64,000 nt of DNA. It comes from Eledone cirrhosa. Lineage: Eukaryota. Under the pieces are notes generated by a model that saw only the letters and a program-made list of their open reading frames with translations, was not told the DNA's origin and ran no database searches. The stretch is from contig OZ024748.1 in assembly GCA_964016885.1 (NCBI GenBank), positions 53,692,001 through 53,756,000 of the forward strand, read 5' to 3'. The position numbers were made by a program, and so were the translations under genes. Positions 40,288-55,800 of the stretch are shown piece by piece. Within the stretch, counting starts at the first letter, position 1. Each line of letters starts with the position of its first letter.

Positions 40288-40348
40288 TTGTCGTTTACCG
40301 TCTATCTTCCACGCTAGCATGTTATTATCATTATTATTATATACATAC

Positions 40349-40540
40349 AGGGCGGTGGGTTTTCAGTATTGGTAGAGGGTCGGATGCCATGCTTTGACGC
40401 ATAGAGTTACGGATCTTCTCATTCTGAGTTCAAATCCCGCTGAGGTTAACTTTGCCTTTCATCCTTACGGGGTCGATAAAATAAAGTACCAGTAATGTAC
40501 TGGGATAATTGCTGGCCTTGTGCCAAAAGAAGAAACAATT
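40349..40540 (+). mobile_element. Type A SINE
   Basis: B-box and central block. Confidence 0.85.
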
Positions 40541-40592
40541 ATTATATACATACTTACACATATCTCTCTCTATCTATATATATATGTGTGTG

Positions 40593-40650
<58 letters not shown>

Positions 40651-40662
40651 CGTATATGTGTG

Positions 40663-40736
<74 letters not shown>

Positions 40737-40829
40737 CGTATATGTGTATATATACATATATATATATGTATATATACATACATATATGTGTGTGTGTGTT
40801 TGTGTGTGTATCATCATCATCATTTATCA

Positions 40830-41158
40830 TTTCATTTTATGTCCGCTTTTCCCTGCTTGCAAGGGTGTGATGGGAACTGATTCTGGCTTGATTTCTACAG
40901 CTGGATGCCCTTCCTAACACCAACCTCATTTACAGTGAGTGCTGGGTGCTTTTTTGCCGTGGCACCTCCACGTCCACTTTTCAGTGGAATGATGGGGACC
41001 CCAGTCCCTATCATCTCATTTCTACAGCTGAGTAAACTGGAGCAATGTGAAATAAAGTGTCTTGCTCAAGGAAACAACACATCACCCGGTCTGAGAATTG
41101 AACTCACAACCGTTCGATTGCAAGGCCAATGCTTTAACCACTAAGCCATGTGCCTCCA
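40830..41158 (-). mobile_element. Type B SINE
   Basis: Near-identical to 41945-42288. Confidence 0.85.
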
Positions 41159-41409
41159 TATATATATATATGTTTGTGTGTGTGTATGTTTGTGTGTGTA
41201 TGTATATCCATATCTGTGTATATACCTATTCAAGGAGCATTCACTCACATATATATGCAGATTTATACATAAACAAACATGCATACATAGATAGATATTT
41301 TCTTTATTAAGGCCAAGTTTGAGTCTAGTTACTCTGGAGTTTCCCTCGTATACTCAGACAGTAAAACCACTCAAATTTCACCCAAATACAGAAACTGTTA
41401 GTCTCCACA

Positions 41410-41586
41410 ATAATTGTTTCTACTTTAGGCACAAGGCCAGCAATTACCCAGTGCATTACTGGTACTTTATTTTATCGACCCCGTAAGGATGAAAGGCAAA
41501 GTTAACCTCGGCGGGATTTGAACTCAGATCGTAAAGGGACGTAACTCTGCTGGAAAGCATGGCGTCTGACGCTCTATCGATACTGC
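41410..41586 (-). mobile_element. Type A SINE
   Basis: Reverse complement of the type A consensus. Confidence 0.85.
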
Positions 41587-41944
41587 TGAGCACTACAATG
41601 CTGAGCACTCACTTTTACCGCTGTCAATACTAAATAGATACTCATATACACATATTTATATATACATACATACGCACAGACACATACATACATACATACA
41701 CACACAGACACATACATACACACACAGACAAATACATACATACGCACACAGACAAATACATACATACACATACAGACAAATACATACATACACACACAGA
41801 CACATACATACACACACACAGACAAATACATACGTACGCACACAGACAAATACATACATACACATACATATACACACACAGACAAATACATTCATACACA
41901 CATATACACACTCACACACGCACATGCACATGTATGTATATATA

Positions 41945-42288
41945 TCATCATTCATCATTTCATTTTATGTCCGCTTTTCCCTGCTTGCAAGGGTGGGACG
42001 GGAACTGATTCTGGCTTGATTTCTACAGCTGGATGCCCTTCCTAACACCAACCTCATTTACAGTGAGTGCTGGGTGCTTTTTTGCTGTGGCACCTACACG
42101 ACCACTTTTCAGTGGAATGATAGGGACCCCAGTCCCTATCATCTCATTTCTACAGCTGAGTAAACTGGAGCAATGTGAAATAAAGTGTCTTGCTCAAGGA
42201 CACAACACATCACCCGGTCTGAGAATTGAACTCACAACCTTCCGATTGCAAGGCCAATGCTCTAACCACTAAGCCATGTGCCTCCATA
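41945..42288 (-). mobile_element. Type B SINE
   Basis: tRNA-like head, CORE-like block and RTE tail. Confidence 0.85.
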
Positions 42289-42371
42289 TATATATATATA
42301 TATAGAATACCAACTACAAGTGCAGCCATTCTTTTCCTTTTTTTCAAATATATATATATATATGTATATAT

Positions 42372-42585
42372 ATAGGAACGAGTAGGAGCCCGATGGCTGA
42401 GCTCAAGCTGTTTCGACGGCTAATTCTGGACTAAAATCATGATTTTAGTCCAGAATTTAGCCGTCGATACGGCTTGAGCTCAGCCGTCGGGGTCCTACTC
42501 GTTCCTATCACCCACTCTACTACCCTAAGTATTGAGTACTTTGGTGCATTATGGTCCATCTGGTTCCTTACCACATTTCCTTCGT

Positions 42586-42586
<1 letters not shown>
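42372..42586 (+). mobile_element. Palindromic (TA)n-inserted element, copy 2
   Basis: Hairpin 42372-42508 plus the same tail as 23857. Confidence 0.85.
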
Positions 42587-42650
<64 letters not shown>

Positions 42651-42950
42651 ATATATGTGTATATATATATGTGTATATGTATGTATATATATGTGTATAT
42701 GTATGTATATATATGTGTATATGTATATATGTGTATATATATGTATATATATATATATATACATGTATATGTGTGTATGTTTCCGTTGGTCTTTCCAGTT
42801 GCTAATACTATCTATCGGTCGCAACTCCAGGTAGAAGGAATCGAACTCACAACCTTACGATTGCGAATCCAATTCTCTAACCACTCAGCCACACGCCTTC
42901 ACTGTATGTATATACATGTATGTATATACATGTGTATATGTATATATATG

Positions 42951-42983
<33 letters not shown>

Positions 42984-43164
42984 GTATATATATGTATATA
43001 TATATGTGTATATATATGTATATATATATGTGTATATATATATATGTGTATATGTATGTATATATATGTGTATATATATGTATATATATATATATATGTG
43101 TATATATATCTATATATGTATATATGTATATATATGGGTATATATTTGTATATATATGTGTATA

Positions 43165-43200
<36 letters not shown>

Positions 43201-43278
43201 CATATAATTTAAAAAAGGGAAAAACATGACTGCACATGTAGTTGGTATTCTATAAGTGTAATTTTATGAATTTGCTAT

Positions 43279-43343
<65 letters not shown>

Positions 43344-43470
43344 GGAGGTGAGTTTTATTGTAGTACAATAAAGCAATGCAGATATCGGATAAGAAGCACT
43401 CTACAGTTTGTAGGACTGGAGTATACATATGGTTAAAATACATGGAACTCATTTAACCATCTTTTAATCT

Positions 43471-43527
<57 letters not shown>

Positions 43528-43837
43528 CTATATTATATTTTGAGAATAAACTCTGTCGTTTACAATAAATCAGCTCCAAGAAAAGGGGCATTTCCGAGCA
43601 GTTAAATACATATATATAAGCAAAAGGGATATTTAATTTGTTGGTAATTCAACAAATATAAATGTTTATAACTGATTCGAAGCACTCAATAGGTTTTCTG
43701 GAGTATAATATCAATGATATTAAATAAATATATATATACACATACAAATATATATATGTATATACACATACACATCATCAATACTGCTTTAGGTCAATAT
43801 TTCCATGCTTGCATGTTATACGAGTTGATTTCAGCAC

Positions 43838-43930
<93 letters not shown>

Positions 43931-44279
43931 CAAATATGTATATATAGGTAAATATATGTATATATATAAATATATATATATATATGTATATATATACAAA
44001 TATGTATATATAGGTAAATATATGTATATATATATATTAATATATATATATATATATATATTTACATATATTAATATATATATATATATATTTACATATA
44101 AACAGCTAGCTCTAGTCTACAATTAGCAAGAGCTCAGCTGTCGGTGTCCCAACTCTTTATAATATAACCATACTCTACTACCTCAAGTATTGAGTACTCT
44201 AGAGAGCAACAGTCTAACCAGTTTCAAAGTGATTGCATCTTGAATTATATATATTTATATATATATATATATATATTAT

Positions 44280-44490
44280 CGTCATCATCATCATCGTTTA
44301 ACGTTCATCTTCCATGCTATCATGGGTTGGATGGCTTTGTCCCACATGAGGTGAGATTGGTCGAGAGACCGTGTGTCACTCGTACAGAACTGTTTCTGGC
44401 AGGTTTTCTACGGCTGGATGCCCTTCCTAACGCCAACCACATTTAGAGAGTGAACTGGGAACCTTTCTACCGTGTCTCCTACATGACCAT
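44280..44490 (-). mobile_element. RTE-tailed SINE fragment
   Basis: (cat)n cgtttaacgttcatcttccatgct...ggctggatgcccttcctaacgccaacc. Confidence 0.75.
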
Positions 44491-44578
44491 TTATATATGT
44501 GCATACATATATATATATATACAGTATATATATATATGTGTATATATATATATGTGCATATGTATATATGTATATGTA

Positions 44579-44653
<75 letters not shown>

Positions 44654-44657
44654 GTGC

Positions 44658-44698
<41 letters not shown>

Positions 44699-44927
44699 CA
44701 TATATAAATATATATATATGATATCAAGAGTCAATTGCACTATGTTGGCTTGCAATGAAATGTGTATGCTTATATCTTAGCTTTGTTCTTGTAACAATTG
44801 TTATTAGTTGGTGTACTGAATTATATCAATGTCTCCCTCACTGTTTATATGTATGTTGATTTGTATTTGATTGTATTTCATTCATTATATATCTATATCT
44901 TTCTGTCTGCTCGGTTAAGAATACATG

Positions 44928-44976
<49 letters not shown>

Positions 44977-45097
44977 TTAAATATGTATATACACGAATAT
45001 ATATAAGCACCTGCATAATTTCAGACAGGAATCTCTTCATGTATGTATACTTATGATTACATGTAGTATACATTGCATATCTCTCTCACTCACTCAG

Positions 45098-45166
<69 letters not shown>

Positions 45167-45513
45167 GTATAGGTATATATATAATTAATATATAAATACG
45201 TCTGATTGTATATATACATATATATAATTTGAATATTTTGGGAAATATTAGATGCCCAAAAGCTGTAACAATAGTCTGCCACTATATATAATAGTTAAAT
45301 ATTGAACCTGGAAAGCAACTCCTACACATTGAAAGAAGTGGCTAGTGGTGTCTATGAGAAATCAAACTCTATGTAACATCTAAGGGGCAACACTCAGTGC
45401 TTTGATATATATATATATATATATATAGTAATAATAATAAATTTGAAGACTAAAATCCAAATAGGGCTCTATAAGGATAAATATATATCAAATATATAAG
45501 AACTGTAGAGCAA

Positions 45514-45658
45514 ATATTTATTAAAATAACAGATTAAAGTTTAAGCAAAGAATCGCTGCTTTCACCCTTAACGGGATCTTCTGAAACTCATAGTTTCAGA
45601 AAATCCTGTTAAGGGTGAAAGCAGCGATTCTTTGCTTAAACTTTAATCTGTTATTTTA

Positions 45659-45666
<8 letters not shown>
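45514..45666. repeat. Near-perfect 153-bp palindrome beside (TA)n
   Basis: atatttattaaaataacagattaaag...ctgaaact cat agtttcag...ctttaatctgttattttaataaatat. Confidence 0.9.
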
Positions 45667-45698
<32 letters not shown>

Positions 45699-45700
<2 letters not shown>

Positions 45701-45841
45701 TGTATTTCCTGGAACTGAAGACACTTTGTTCTCAAGGACGCACGCTATTTTTGACAACCAAAAATTTGAATAAAAATGATAAACGACCTTTGGCCTCTAG
45801 GATACATGGTAGATCTTTCCTTGATGCCGGGAAATATGGTA
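45699..45841. mobile_element. Tc2/pogo-type MITE copy
   Basis: Homologous to 32362-32535, opposite orientation. Confidence 0.7.
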
Positions 45842-46767
45842 TATTTCCATGCTGGCGAGGAAGATAGACGTTAAACGATGATGATGATATATATATGTGT
45901 GTGTGTGTGTGTGTATAAAGAATTTGTAGGTATATAAACATGCCAGAAAATATATTGATATATGTATATATGTATACACATTGGTGCTGTCACAGTTATA
46001 TACTCTGTATTCATACAGATATAACTTATTCATATATATTGTTTCTCTGATGATTCCACCTGTGTAAATATTCTATTGAATATTTCGTATATATACAAAA
46101 TACTGTGTTTCTTACACGATGTATGGCTCTTTCTCTCTCTATATATATACATTATACATATATCTTTATATATATATATATGTATATATAACACTTGCTG
46201 GGAGGAAAAGTGGATGCTAAACGACAATAATATATATATATATCTTCATATATTATATATATATATATGATATATATATGATATATATATATATATATAT
46301 ATATATCATATATATATATATATCATTTATCATGTATATATATCATTTATCATGTATATAGATCATACATCATGTATATATATCATATATGTATATATAT
46401 CATATATATATCCGATATTATATATATCTATATATGATATATCATATATATATATATCATATATATATATATCATATATATATATCATATGCATATCATA
46501 TATATATATATCATATATATGATATGCATATATATATATCATATATATATCATATGCATATATATATATATCATTTATATATATATCATATATATTTATC
46601 ATATATATAAATTTTGAGTATATGTTGGTTGTAAAGAAACGAAGCCAAATTTTACATATTTGACTTAATTATTTTATATCATATAAATATATCATATATA
46701 TATGTATATATCACATATATATATGTATAGAAAACGATCGACTTTCGTCAAATCGGACCGAGGGAAC

Positions 46768-46950
46768 AATGTTTCCGTTGGTCTTTCCAATTGCTAATAC
46801 TATCTATCGGTCGCAACTCCAGGTAGAAGGAACAACGTGAAATAAAGTGTCTTGCTCAAGGACATAACGCATCGCCTGGTCCAGGAATCGAACTCACAAC
46901 CTTACAATTGCGAATCCGATTCTCTAACCACTCAGCTACACGCCTTCATA
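46768..46950 (-). mobile_element. CORE-like SINE variant (internally deleted copy at 42777-42900)
   Basis: gtgaaataaagtgtcttgctcaaggac...ggaatcgaactcacaacc. Confidence 0.75.
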
Positions 46951-47405
46951 TATGTATATATCACATATATATATATATATATATCACATATATATATATA
47001 TATATAGAACACCATTGTCATCGTTACATATATTTTTCCATTATTACGTGAGTTTGATGGGTTTTCTCCAGCTCCAATTCTCACCTTCTGCGTTATTCCT
47101 CCATCATCTCTTGTAGGATTAGAAACCTCCTGGGATCAACTTTCACCTTTTCCTTACACATAGTCTACTCATGTGTATCCAGTTTAGAATATAGACCCTG
47201 TACCCCTGCCTGTTGTGTCGTGTTGAAAGAAGGGACTAAATAGGTTGGGGACAGGAAAAACGTTTTGCTCTGTAATATAGTGCCAGAAAGATCTGTCCAA
47301 CCCATACCAACATGGAAAAATTGCCATAACTACGATGATGATGATCATCATCATATATATATATATGCATATATATATACATATGAATATATATATATAT
47401 ATATG

Positions 47406-47471
<66 letters not shown>

Positions 47472-47531
47472 TATATATATAATCATATATGCATATATAT
47501 ATAGTAATAATAAGACTAAAATCCAAAGATT

Positions 47532-47668
<137 letters not shown>

Positions 47669-47716
47669 TATGTGTATATATATATATATATGTATATATA
47701 TATGTATATATATATG

Positions 47717-47783
<67 letters not shown>

Positions 47784-47884
47784 ATATATATATGTATATA
47801 TATATATTTGTATGTATATATATATGTATGTATATATATATGTATATATATATATATACATATGTATATATATATATATATGTG

Positions 47885-47924
<40 letters not shown>

Positions 47925-47930
47925 TATGTG

Positions 47931-47963
<33 letters not shown>

Positions 47964-48032
47964 GTGTATATATATATATGTATATATATATATGTATGTA
48001 TATATATATGTATGTATATATATATGTATATA

Positions 48033-48070
<38 letters not shown>

Positions 48071-48290
48071 TAAGTTAAAAAAAATTACATCTACATATGC
48101 ATACTGAAATACTAGTGTGTATATGAATACACACACGTATACATATGTATATGTAACAAGTCTTTCACTGGTTGCTTTACTGTGAGCACCCAGCTATTCT
48201 GTATGTAAACACACAGACAAACCGGTTTTTAGAGTCATACTGGTTTTTGAGGGAACACCTTCCCTCTATTCTCCAGAAAGCCAGACAAGG

Positions 48291-48335
48291 AATATTGAAC
48301 TAGTTTCGTTGTTGCTACAACTCATCAGCAATATT
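48291..48335 (-). ncRNA. Minimal type I hammerhead ribozyme motif (intact core)
   Basis: Minus strand: aatattg CTGATGA gttgt-agca-acaac GAAAC ta GTT caatatt; stem I is extended by 48268-48280 pairing with 48351-48363. Confidence 0.88.
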
Positions 48336-48436
48336 TACCTATCTACCGGCCTTTCTGGAGAATTGTAAAAGCACATATCGTTATATGCTTTTTCTATGAA
48401 AATTAGTATATATATATTTATATGTATATATATATG

Positions 48437-48467
<31 letters not shown>

Positions 48468-48548
48468 TATATATATATGTATATATATGTATATATATAT
48501 ATGTATATATATGTATATATATATATTATATATATATGTATATATATG

Positions 48549-48580
<32 letters not shown>

Positions 48581-48794
48581 TATGTATGTATATATACATA
48601 TACATATATATATATATATATGTATATGTATATATATATGTATATGTTCCTGTATGAGCAAGGCATGGTCAGCCGACCAGACACTGCCCCCAACAGGACA
48701 ACCCGTCTAACCCATGCTTGCGTGGAAGAACAGACGTAAAACGGTGATGATGATGTATATATATGTATATGTATATATATATGTATATATGTAT

Positions 48795-49085
48795 CATCAT
48801 CATCATCATCATCATCATCAGGTTTAGCGTCCGTGTTCCACGCTTGCATGGGTTTGGACGGGGGTTTTCCCACTTGAGGCAAGAGTGGTTGTCTTGCTCG
48901 CATAGGACTGTCTGGCGGGTTTTCTACAGTTGGATGCCCTTCCTAACACCAACCACATTTACAGTGTGGGGCTGGGAGGTTTTTACCGTGTTGCCTACAC
49001 GGCCACATTACAGCGTGGACTGTCTGGCGGGTTTTCTACAGCTGGATGCCCTTCCTAACACCAACCACATTTACAGTGTGGGGCT
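48795..49085 (-). mobile_element. RTE-tailed SINE with an internal duplication
   Basis: Matches 714-1000; the block ggactgtctggcgggttttctaca...acagtgtggggctg occurs twice. Confidence 0.8.
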
Positions 49086-49421
49086 GTATATGTATATATA
49101 TACATATATATATATATATATGTGCACACGTATATAAATATTATAAAATTGTCTTTGTCTCTATATATGCACCTGTGTCCATCTACACACACATATATAT
49201 ACGTACACACATACATAAATATACACTTACATCTACACTTACATATTTACCTGCATATATAAATATACACTTACACATACATATATATATATACACACTT
49301 ACATACATCTATACTTACATATTTACCTACATACATAAATATACACTTACACACATATATATATATATACACACTTACATACATCTATACTTACATATTT
49401 ACCTACATACATAAATTTACA

Positions 49422-49489
<68 letters not shown>

Positions 49490-49534
49490 TACATCTACAC
49501 TTACATATTTACCTACATACATAAATATACACTT

Positions 49535-49573
<39 letters not shown>

Positions 49574-49618
49574 TACATCTACACTTACATATTTACCTAC
49601 ATACATAAATATACACTT

Positions 49619-49693
<75 letters not shown>

Positions 49694-49738
49694 TACATCT
49701 ACACTTACATATTTACCTACATACATAAATATACACTT

Positions 49739-49771
<33 letters not shown>

Positions 49772-50214
49772 CACATACATCTACACTTACATATTTACCT
49801 ACATACATAAATATACACTTTCATATATATAAAGATATACACACACATACATACATCTACACTTAGATATCTACATCCATCCATAAATAGATGTCCACAG
49901 GAAGAGTCTTGCAACATGCTGCTATGTTCTATCAGTTGTCATGGAATATTGGTTGGCAAATGCCGCACTTTTTTTTCTTTTTTTCCTTTGTTGAGGAATT
50001 AGCAAGGAAGAACTACCTTGAAAATAGAAAAGGAATGAAAATAAAACAATCTGTGTTATATTTACTACAAATATTACTATTACATATATATATATATGTT
50101 TCTGTGTATGTGTGTTGTGCATGTGTGTGTGCATATGTGTGTGTATTTTATATATATGGGCATGTGTGAGTGTGTATATGCATATATATGTGTGTATATA
50201 TATATATACACCTT

Positions 50215-52425
50215 CATCACTACCACCACCACCACCACCATCATCACCACCACCAACGCTACCATCACAACTTCCTCTCACCAACATCACCACAACCCTC
50301 AGCCCCACCACACCTTCACCACCACAACCATCACCCAACTCCATCACCCCCCACCAATATCAACCACCCCATCAACCCCCACCAATATCACCCACCCCAT
50401 CACCGCAACACCACCACGATCATAACCCCCACCAACATCACCACAACCATCACTCCACCACAGCATCACCACCACAACCACCACCACCGCTCCATCACCC
50501 CCACTAACATCACTATCACACCCTCCTCTCACCAACATCACACCATCACCACCACAACCATCACCCACCACACCATCACCACCACAACCGTCACTCCCAC
50601 CACACCATCACCACCACAACCATCACCCCCACTCCACCAACTCCACCACCACAACCATCACTCCATCCTACCATCAACACCACAACCATCACCCCACAAC
50701 CATCACTCCATCACACCACCACAACCATCACTCCACCCCACCATCACCACCACAACCATCACCCACCACCAACACCAGCACAACCATCACTCCACCCTAC
50801 CATCACCACCACAACCATCACCCACCACCAACACCACCACAACCATCACTCCAACCCACCATCACCACCACAACCATCACTCCACCCCACCATCACCACC
50901 ACAACCATCACTCCACCCCACCATCACCACCACAACCATCACTCCATCCCACTATCACCACCACAACCATCACTCCACCCCACCATCACCTCCACCACAC
51001 CAACACCACCACAACTATCACTCCACCCCACTATCACCACCACAACCATCACTCCACCCCACCATCACCACCACAACCATCACTCCACCCCACCATCACC
51101 ACCACAACCATCACTCCACCCCACTATCACCACCACAACCATCACTCCACCCCACCATCACCACCACAACCATCACTCCACCCCACCATCACCACCACAA
51201 CCATCACTCCACCCCACCATCACCACCACAACCATCACTCCACCCCACTATCACCACCACAACCATCACTCCACCCCACCATCACCACCACAACCATCAC
51301 TCCACTACACCATCACCAGCACAACCATCACTCCACCATACCATCACCACCACAACCATCACTCCACCACACCATCACTCCACCACACCATCACCACCAC
51401 AAACATCACTCCACCCCACCATCACCACCACAACCATCACTCCACCCCACCATCACCCCCACGACCATCACTCCACCACACCATCACCAGCACAACCATC
51501 ACTCCACCCCACTATCACCACCACAACCATCACTCCACCACACCAACACCACCACAACCATCACTCCACCACACCATCACCACCACAAACATCACTCCAC
51601 CCCACCATCACCACCACAACCATCACTCCACCCCACCCTCACCCCCACAACCATCACCACCACAACCATCACTCCACCCCACTATCACCACCACAACCAT
51701 CACTCCACCCCACCATCACCAGCATAACCATCACTCCACCACACCAACACCACCACAACCATCTCTCCACCACACCATCACCACCACAACCATCACTCCA
51801 CCCCACCATCACTCCACCACACCATCACTCCACCCCACCATCACCACCACAACCATCACTCCACCCCACTATCACCACCACAACCATCACTCCACCCCAC
51901 CATCACCACCACAACCATCACTCCACCCCACCATCACCGCAACCATCACTCCACCCCACCATCACCACCGCAACCATCACTCCACCACACCATCACCACC
52001 ACAACCATCTCTCCACCACACCATCACCACCACAACCATCACTCCACCCCACTATCACCACCACAACCATCACTCCACCCCACCATCACCACCACAACCA
52101 TCACTCCACCCCACCATCACCACCACAACCATCACTCCACCCCACCACCAACACCACCACAACCATCACTCCACCACACCATCACCACCACAATCATCAC
52201 TCCACCCCACCATCACCACCACAACCATCACTCCACCACACCATCACCACCACAACCATCTCTCCACCACACCATCACCACCACAACCATCACTCCACCC
52301 CACTATCACCACCACAACCATCACTCCACCCCACCAACACCACCACAACCATCACTCCACCACACCATCACCACCACAATCATCACTCCACCCCACCATC
52401 ACCACCACAACCATCACCACAGCAA
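50215..52425. repeat. CA-rich minisatellite, about 31-bp unit
   Basis: Unit accatcaccaccacaaccatcactccacccc. Confidence 0.92.
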
Positions 52426-53680
52426 CAACAAACAGCAATAACACAATTCAGTTTTATTTGGCAAGCTAAATTAAATCCAACTGACAAATATTAGTGAATG
52501 TTTTAACAAAATATCTCCCTTTCTTTTGAATACTTTCAATTGTATATACAGCATTAATATCAAATTAAAACATATCAACATTTTTATGTAATACTAAACT
52601 ATTATAATATAATACCGAAAATATACTTTTACAATGCTAAATCACACTAAAATTCCATCAAATTTATCAGAAAATTGTATTTCCTCTTTCGAAGGTTCTC
52701 AATTATTACCATCCATCATCCAATGGATATATTTTTAAAACTGAATTATTATCTTTATTATATAAAACTGATTAATTTAAAATTGAGAAAAAAATATTTA
52801 AATCCTTATTCCATTACATGACATCATTGTTCCAATGAACTATTAAAATTATTTGACATACCATCCTTTGAAGATATTTTGTTTTGTATTTTTTTTTTTT
52901 TCAATGTATTTTGCAAAAGAACAGTAAAATTATTGTATTCAAATAGTTTATACATGTTCCAATTTGGAATCTAACATGCTTCATTGTCAAATAGCAAAAA
53001 ATAATAATAAAAATAAAAAATAAAATTATAGGAATAAAAATAAAATAAATTAAAAAAATAAATAAATAAAAAATAAAATAAATAAAAAATAAAATAAAAT
53101 GCAAAAAATAAAAATGACAATATTTTCATGTAAACATATCACCTTAAAACTTGAATTTATTTCAAATCTTTTATTTTTTGTGGGGAAATATTATAAGCAT
53201 AAAGCATTTAGTTTCTCAGATGCAAAGGATATTATTAACTCCCTGAAATATTTAAATGGGAGATTGGAGTCATCCTTTTAACAGATCATTATTTTATCAT
53301 TTCCTACATAATAAATTACAACCTTTTACTACACAGGTTGTTGACTATATTCATAAATAGTTTTGTTTAAATTTCACTTTTTTTGTTTTTTTTTGTTTTG
53401 TTTTTTGTTTTTTGTTTTTTAAAGTGTTTCTGTTTTTCTATCTGCTGGTTTGAAATCTTTGTATCTTATTATTAGTGTTATTATTATTAGTGTTATTATT
53501 ATTATTGTTTCTGGTGTCAAGTTAATTGAGTTTCCCTCCCCACCCCAAAAAATTGTTAGCCTTGTGCCTAAACCTGAAACCATTATTATTATTATTATTA
53601 TTATTGTGTTATATATATACAGAATATATATATATAAATATGTATACATATACAGTATATATATATATATATATATATAT

Positions 53681-53884
53681 ATAGGAAAAGGTATGACCCC
53701 GACGGCAGAGCTCAAGCTGTTTCGACGGCTATTTCTGGACTATTTCAGTCCAGAAATAGCCGTCGAAATGGCTTGAGCTCTGCCGTCGGGGTCATACCTT
53801 TTCCTATTACCCATTCTACTACCCTAAGTTTGAGTACTCTGGTGCGTTATGGTCCATCTGGTTCCTTACCACATTTCCTTCGTT
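53681..53884 (+). mobile_element. Palindromic (TA)n-inserted element, copy 3
   Basis: Hairpin 53681-53807 plus tail. Confidence 0.85.
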
Positions 53885-54058
53885 ATATATATATATATAT
53901 AGTACTGTGTTCTCACACCACCACCAAGATTCAACAGCAAAGATGGATGAGTTGCATAACGTTGAGTGCTTTTCTTATCTTAGATTATGGTTGGCTATAC
54001 GGAATTACTAGTTCTATCCACTGGTGAACCACCAAACTTAAATGAATCTATCTATCTA

Positions 54059-54094
<36 letters not shown>

Positions 54095-54821
54095 GATATA
54101 TTTCTTTATTAGCCACAGGGGCACAAAAGAAGGGGACAAATACAAAGGGGGAAGTTTACATACAATATATATAGATAGATATATATAGTTATATATAACA
54201 GTGCCATGCAGTTCCACACTGTAAATGAGGTTGGTGTTAGGAAGGGCATCCAGCTGTAAAATCTCCGGCCAAGTCTTCAGTTCCGTCAGAGCAAGGTACA
54301 GCATGGCCAATTCTGGCCAGACTTGTCTCTTGGCAAGCTCAACCCATCTAACCCATGCAAGCATTGGAAAATGGACGTCAAACGGTGATGATGATATCTG
54401 CTGTACACTTCCACAACCTGTAGATCTAGCTGGAACACCAAGGTAGTAGATTGGTAGTATCGCTAGAGCATCAATATGCTTTGTGGCATATAGTTGCATC
54501 CCTGTCTTTATGTTCTGAGTTCAAATCCTGTTGCCAGCATTGTGAAGTTGTTTGATTAAATATACTTTGTTGTCTGTCCCAGCTCACTGCACTTTGGAGT
54601 TCAATTCTACCGAGGTGAACTTAGTCTTTCTGACTTTTGAGGTCGATAAATAAAGTAGCAGTCCAGTACTGGAGTTGATTCTCTCTTTACAAGAAATCAG
54701 TTGTGTTCTGGAGAAGGATAGCTTCCTACATGTTTAATAGGCACAAGACGTGCTGTGTGTCGTGAGGGTCCCCTCTATATCTACACCAAGAGTTTTACCG
54801 ACATGAGCATATATATGTCAA

Positions 54822-54857
<36 letters not shown>

Positions 54858-54859
54858 TA

Positions 54860-55016
54860 ACGCCATGCTTTGATGCATAGAGTTACGGCCCTTGCCATTC
54901 TGAGTTCAAATCCCTCCGAGGTTAACTTTGCCTTTCGTCCTTATGGGGTCGATAAGATAAAGTACCAGTAATACACTGGGTAATTGCTGGCCTTGTGCCA
55001 AAAGTAGAAACAATTA
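54860..55016 (+). mobile_element. Type A SINE
   Basis: B-box and central block. Confidence 0.8.
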
Positions 55017-55571
55017 TTATTTCTTTGTTAGTTTCATGAGAGTTTCTATTACTTAATCTTGATCATCTCTGTGTTCCTGTTGTTATTTTTGTGAGTGCTG
55101 TGGAAGTATAGCCACTTCCTGTTAGTCAACTGCATCAATCTTGTTTTTTTATGGGGTTTAGCCTGTGGTTTTATTGTTATTTTATTGGGTATCAATTTTG
55201 TAGAATATATGTTGTGAGAGTTGTGTTTTATTTTGTAAGGGGCCTGTTGTGTTGTGTGTGAAAATTGCTCAATTTGACCAGAGCTTGCATAGGTTGGATA
55301 AAAAGTGGCATTATGTCTGTCACAACTGCCCATATGACCTCTATATTCTAGATTATACTAACCTGTCTCAAATAAATGTCATATTTTTTACATACTGTAC
55401 TTATACTACTTTTAATGCATCAGGTCATATATTAAATCAATAGATATGGAATTTATTTAAATTTCAAGAAATCTGCTCAACCAACCATTGATTTTTTTTT
55501 TTCTATTTTATTATTTATTTAACTATTTAGTCAGGAAAGGCAGCGCAATACACTTGACTCCTTAAACTCTT

Positions 55572-55800
55572 TTAACCCTTTAGCATTTACATTACTCTAT
55601 ATATACTATTGTATTTTCACAGTAAAGGCTTTATCTTACATAATTATCTCACATAATATCGAATCTATGAGATTTTGATATTATTTATTTTGAGAACAAT
55701 ACCTATATGAAGGCATGAGCAACCAGTTACGGCTGCTTTGAACAGAAAGAGGTGAAAGAATTCTGGCTGGATACAGCCAGTTTAAATGCTAAAGGCTTAA
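55572..55800 (-). mobile_element. piggyBac-type MITE
   Basis: ttaa-ccctttagcattt and aaatgctaaaggc-ttaa. Confidence 0.75.

Noticed and set aside
46040-46075. CTGATGA motif (also at 11724)
   Set aside because: No downstream stem II or GAAA geometry
50170-52494. 774-aa mucin-like ORF
   Set aside because: The 31-bp unit is not a multiple of 3, so the peptide cycles through frames
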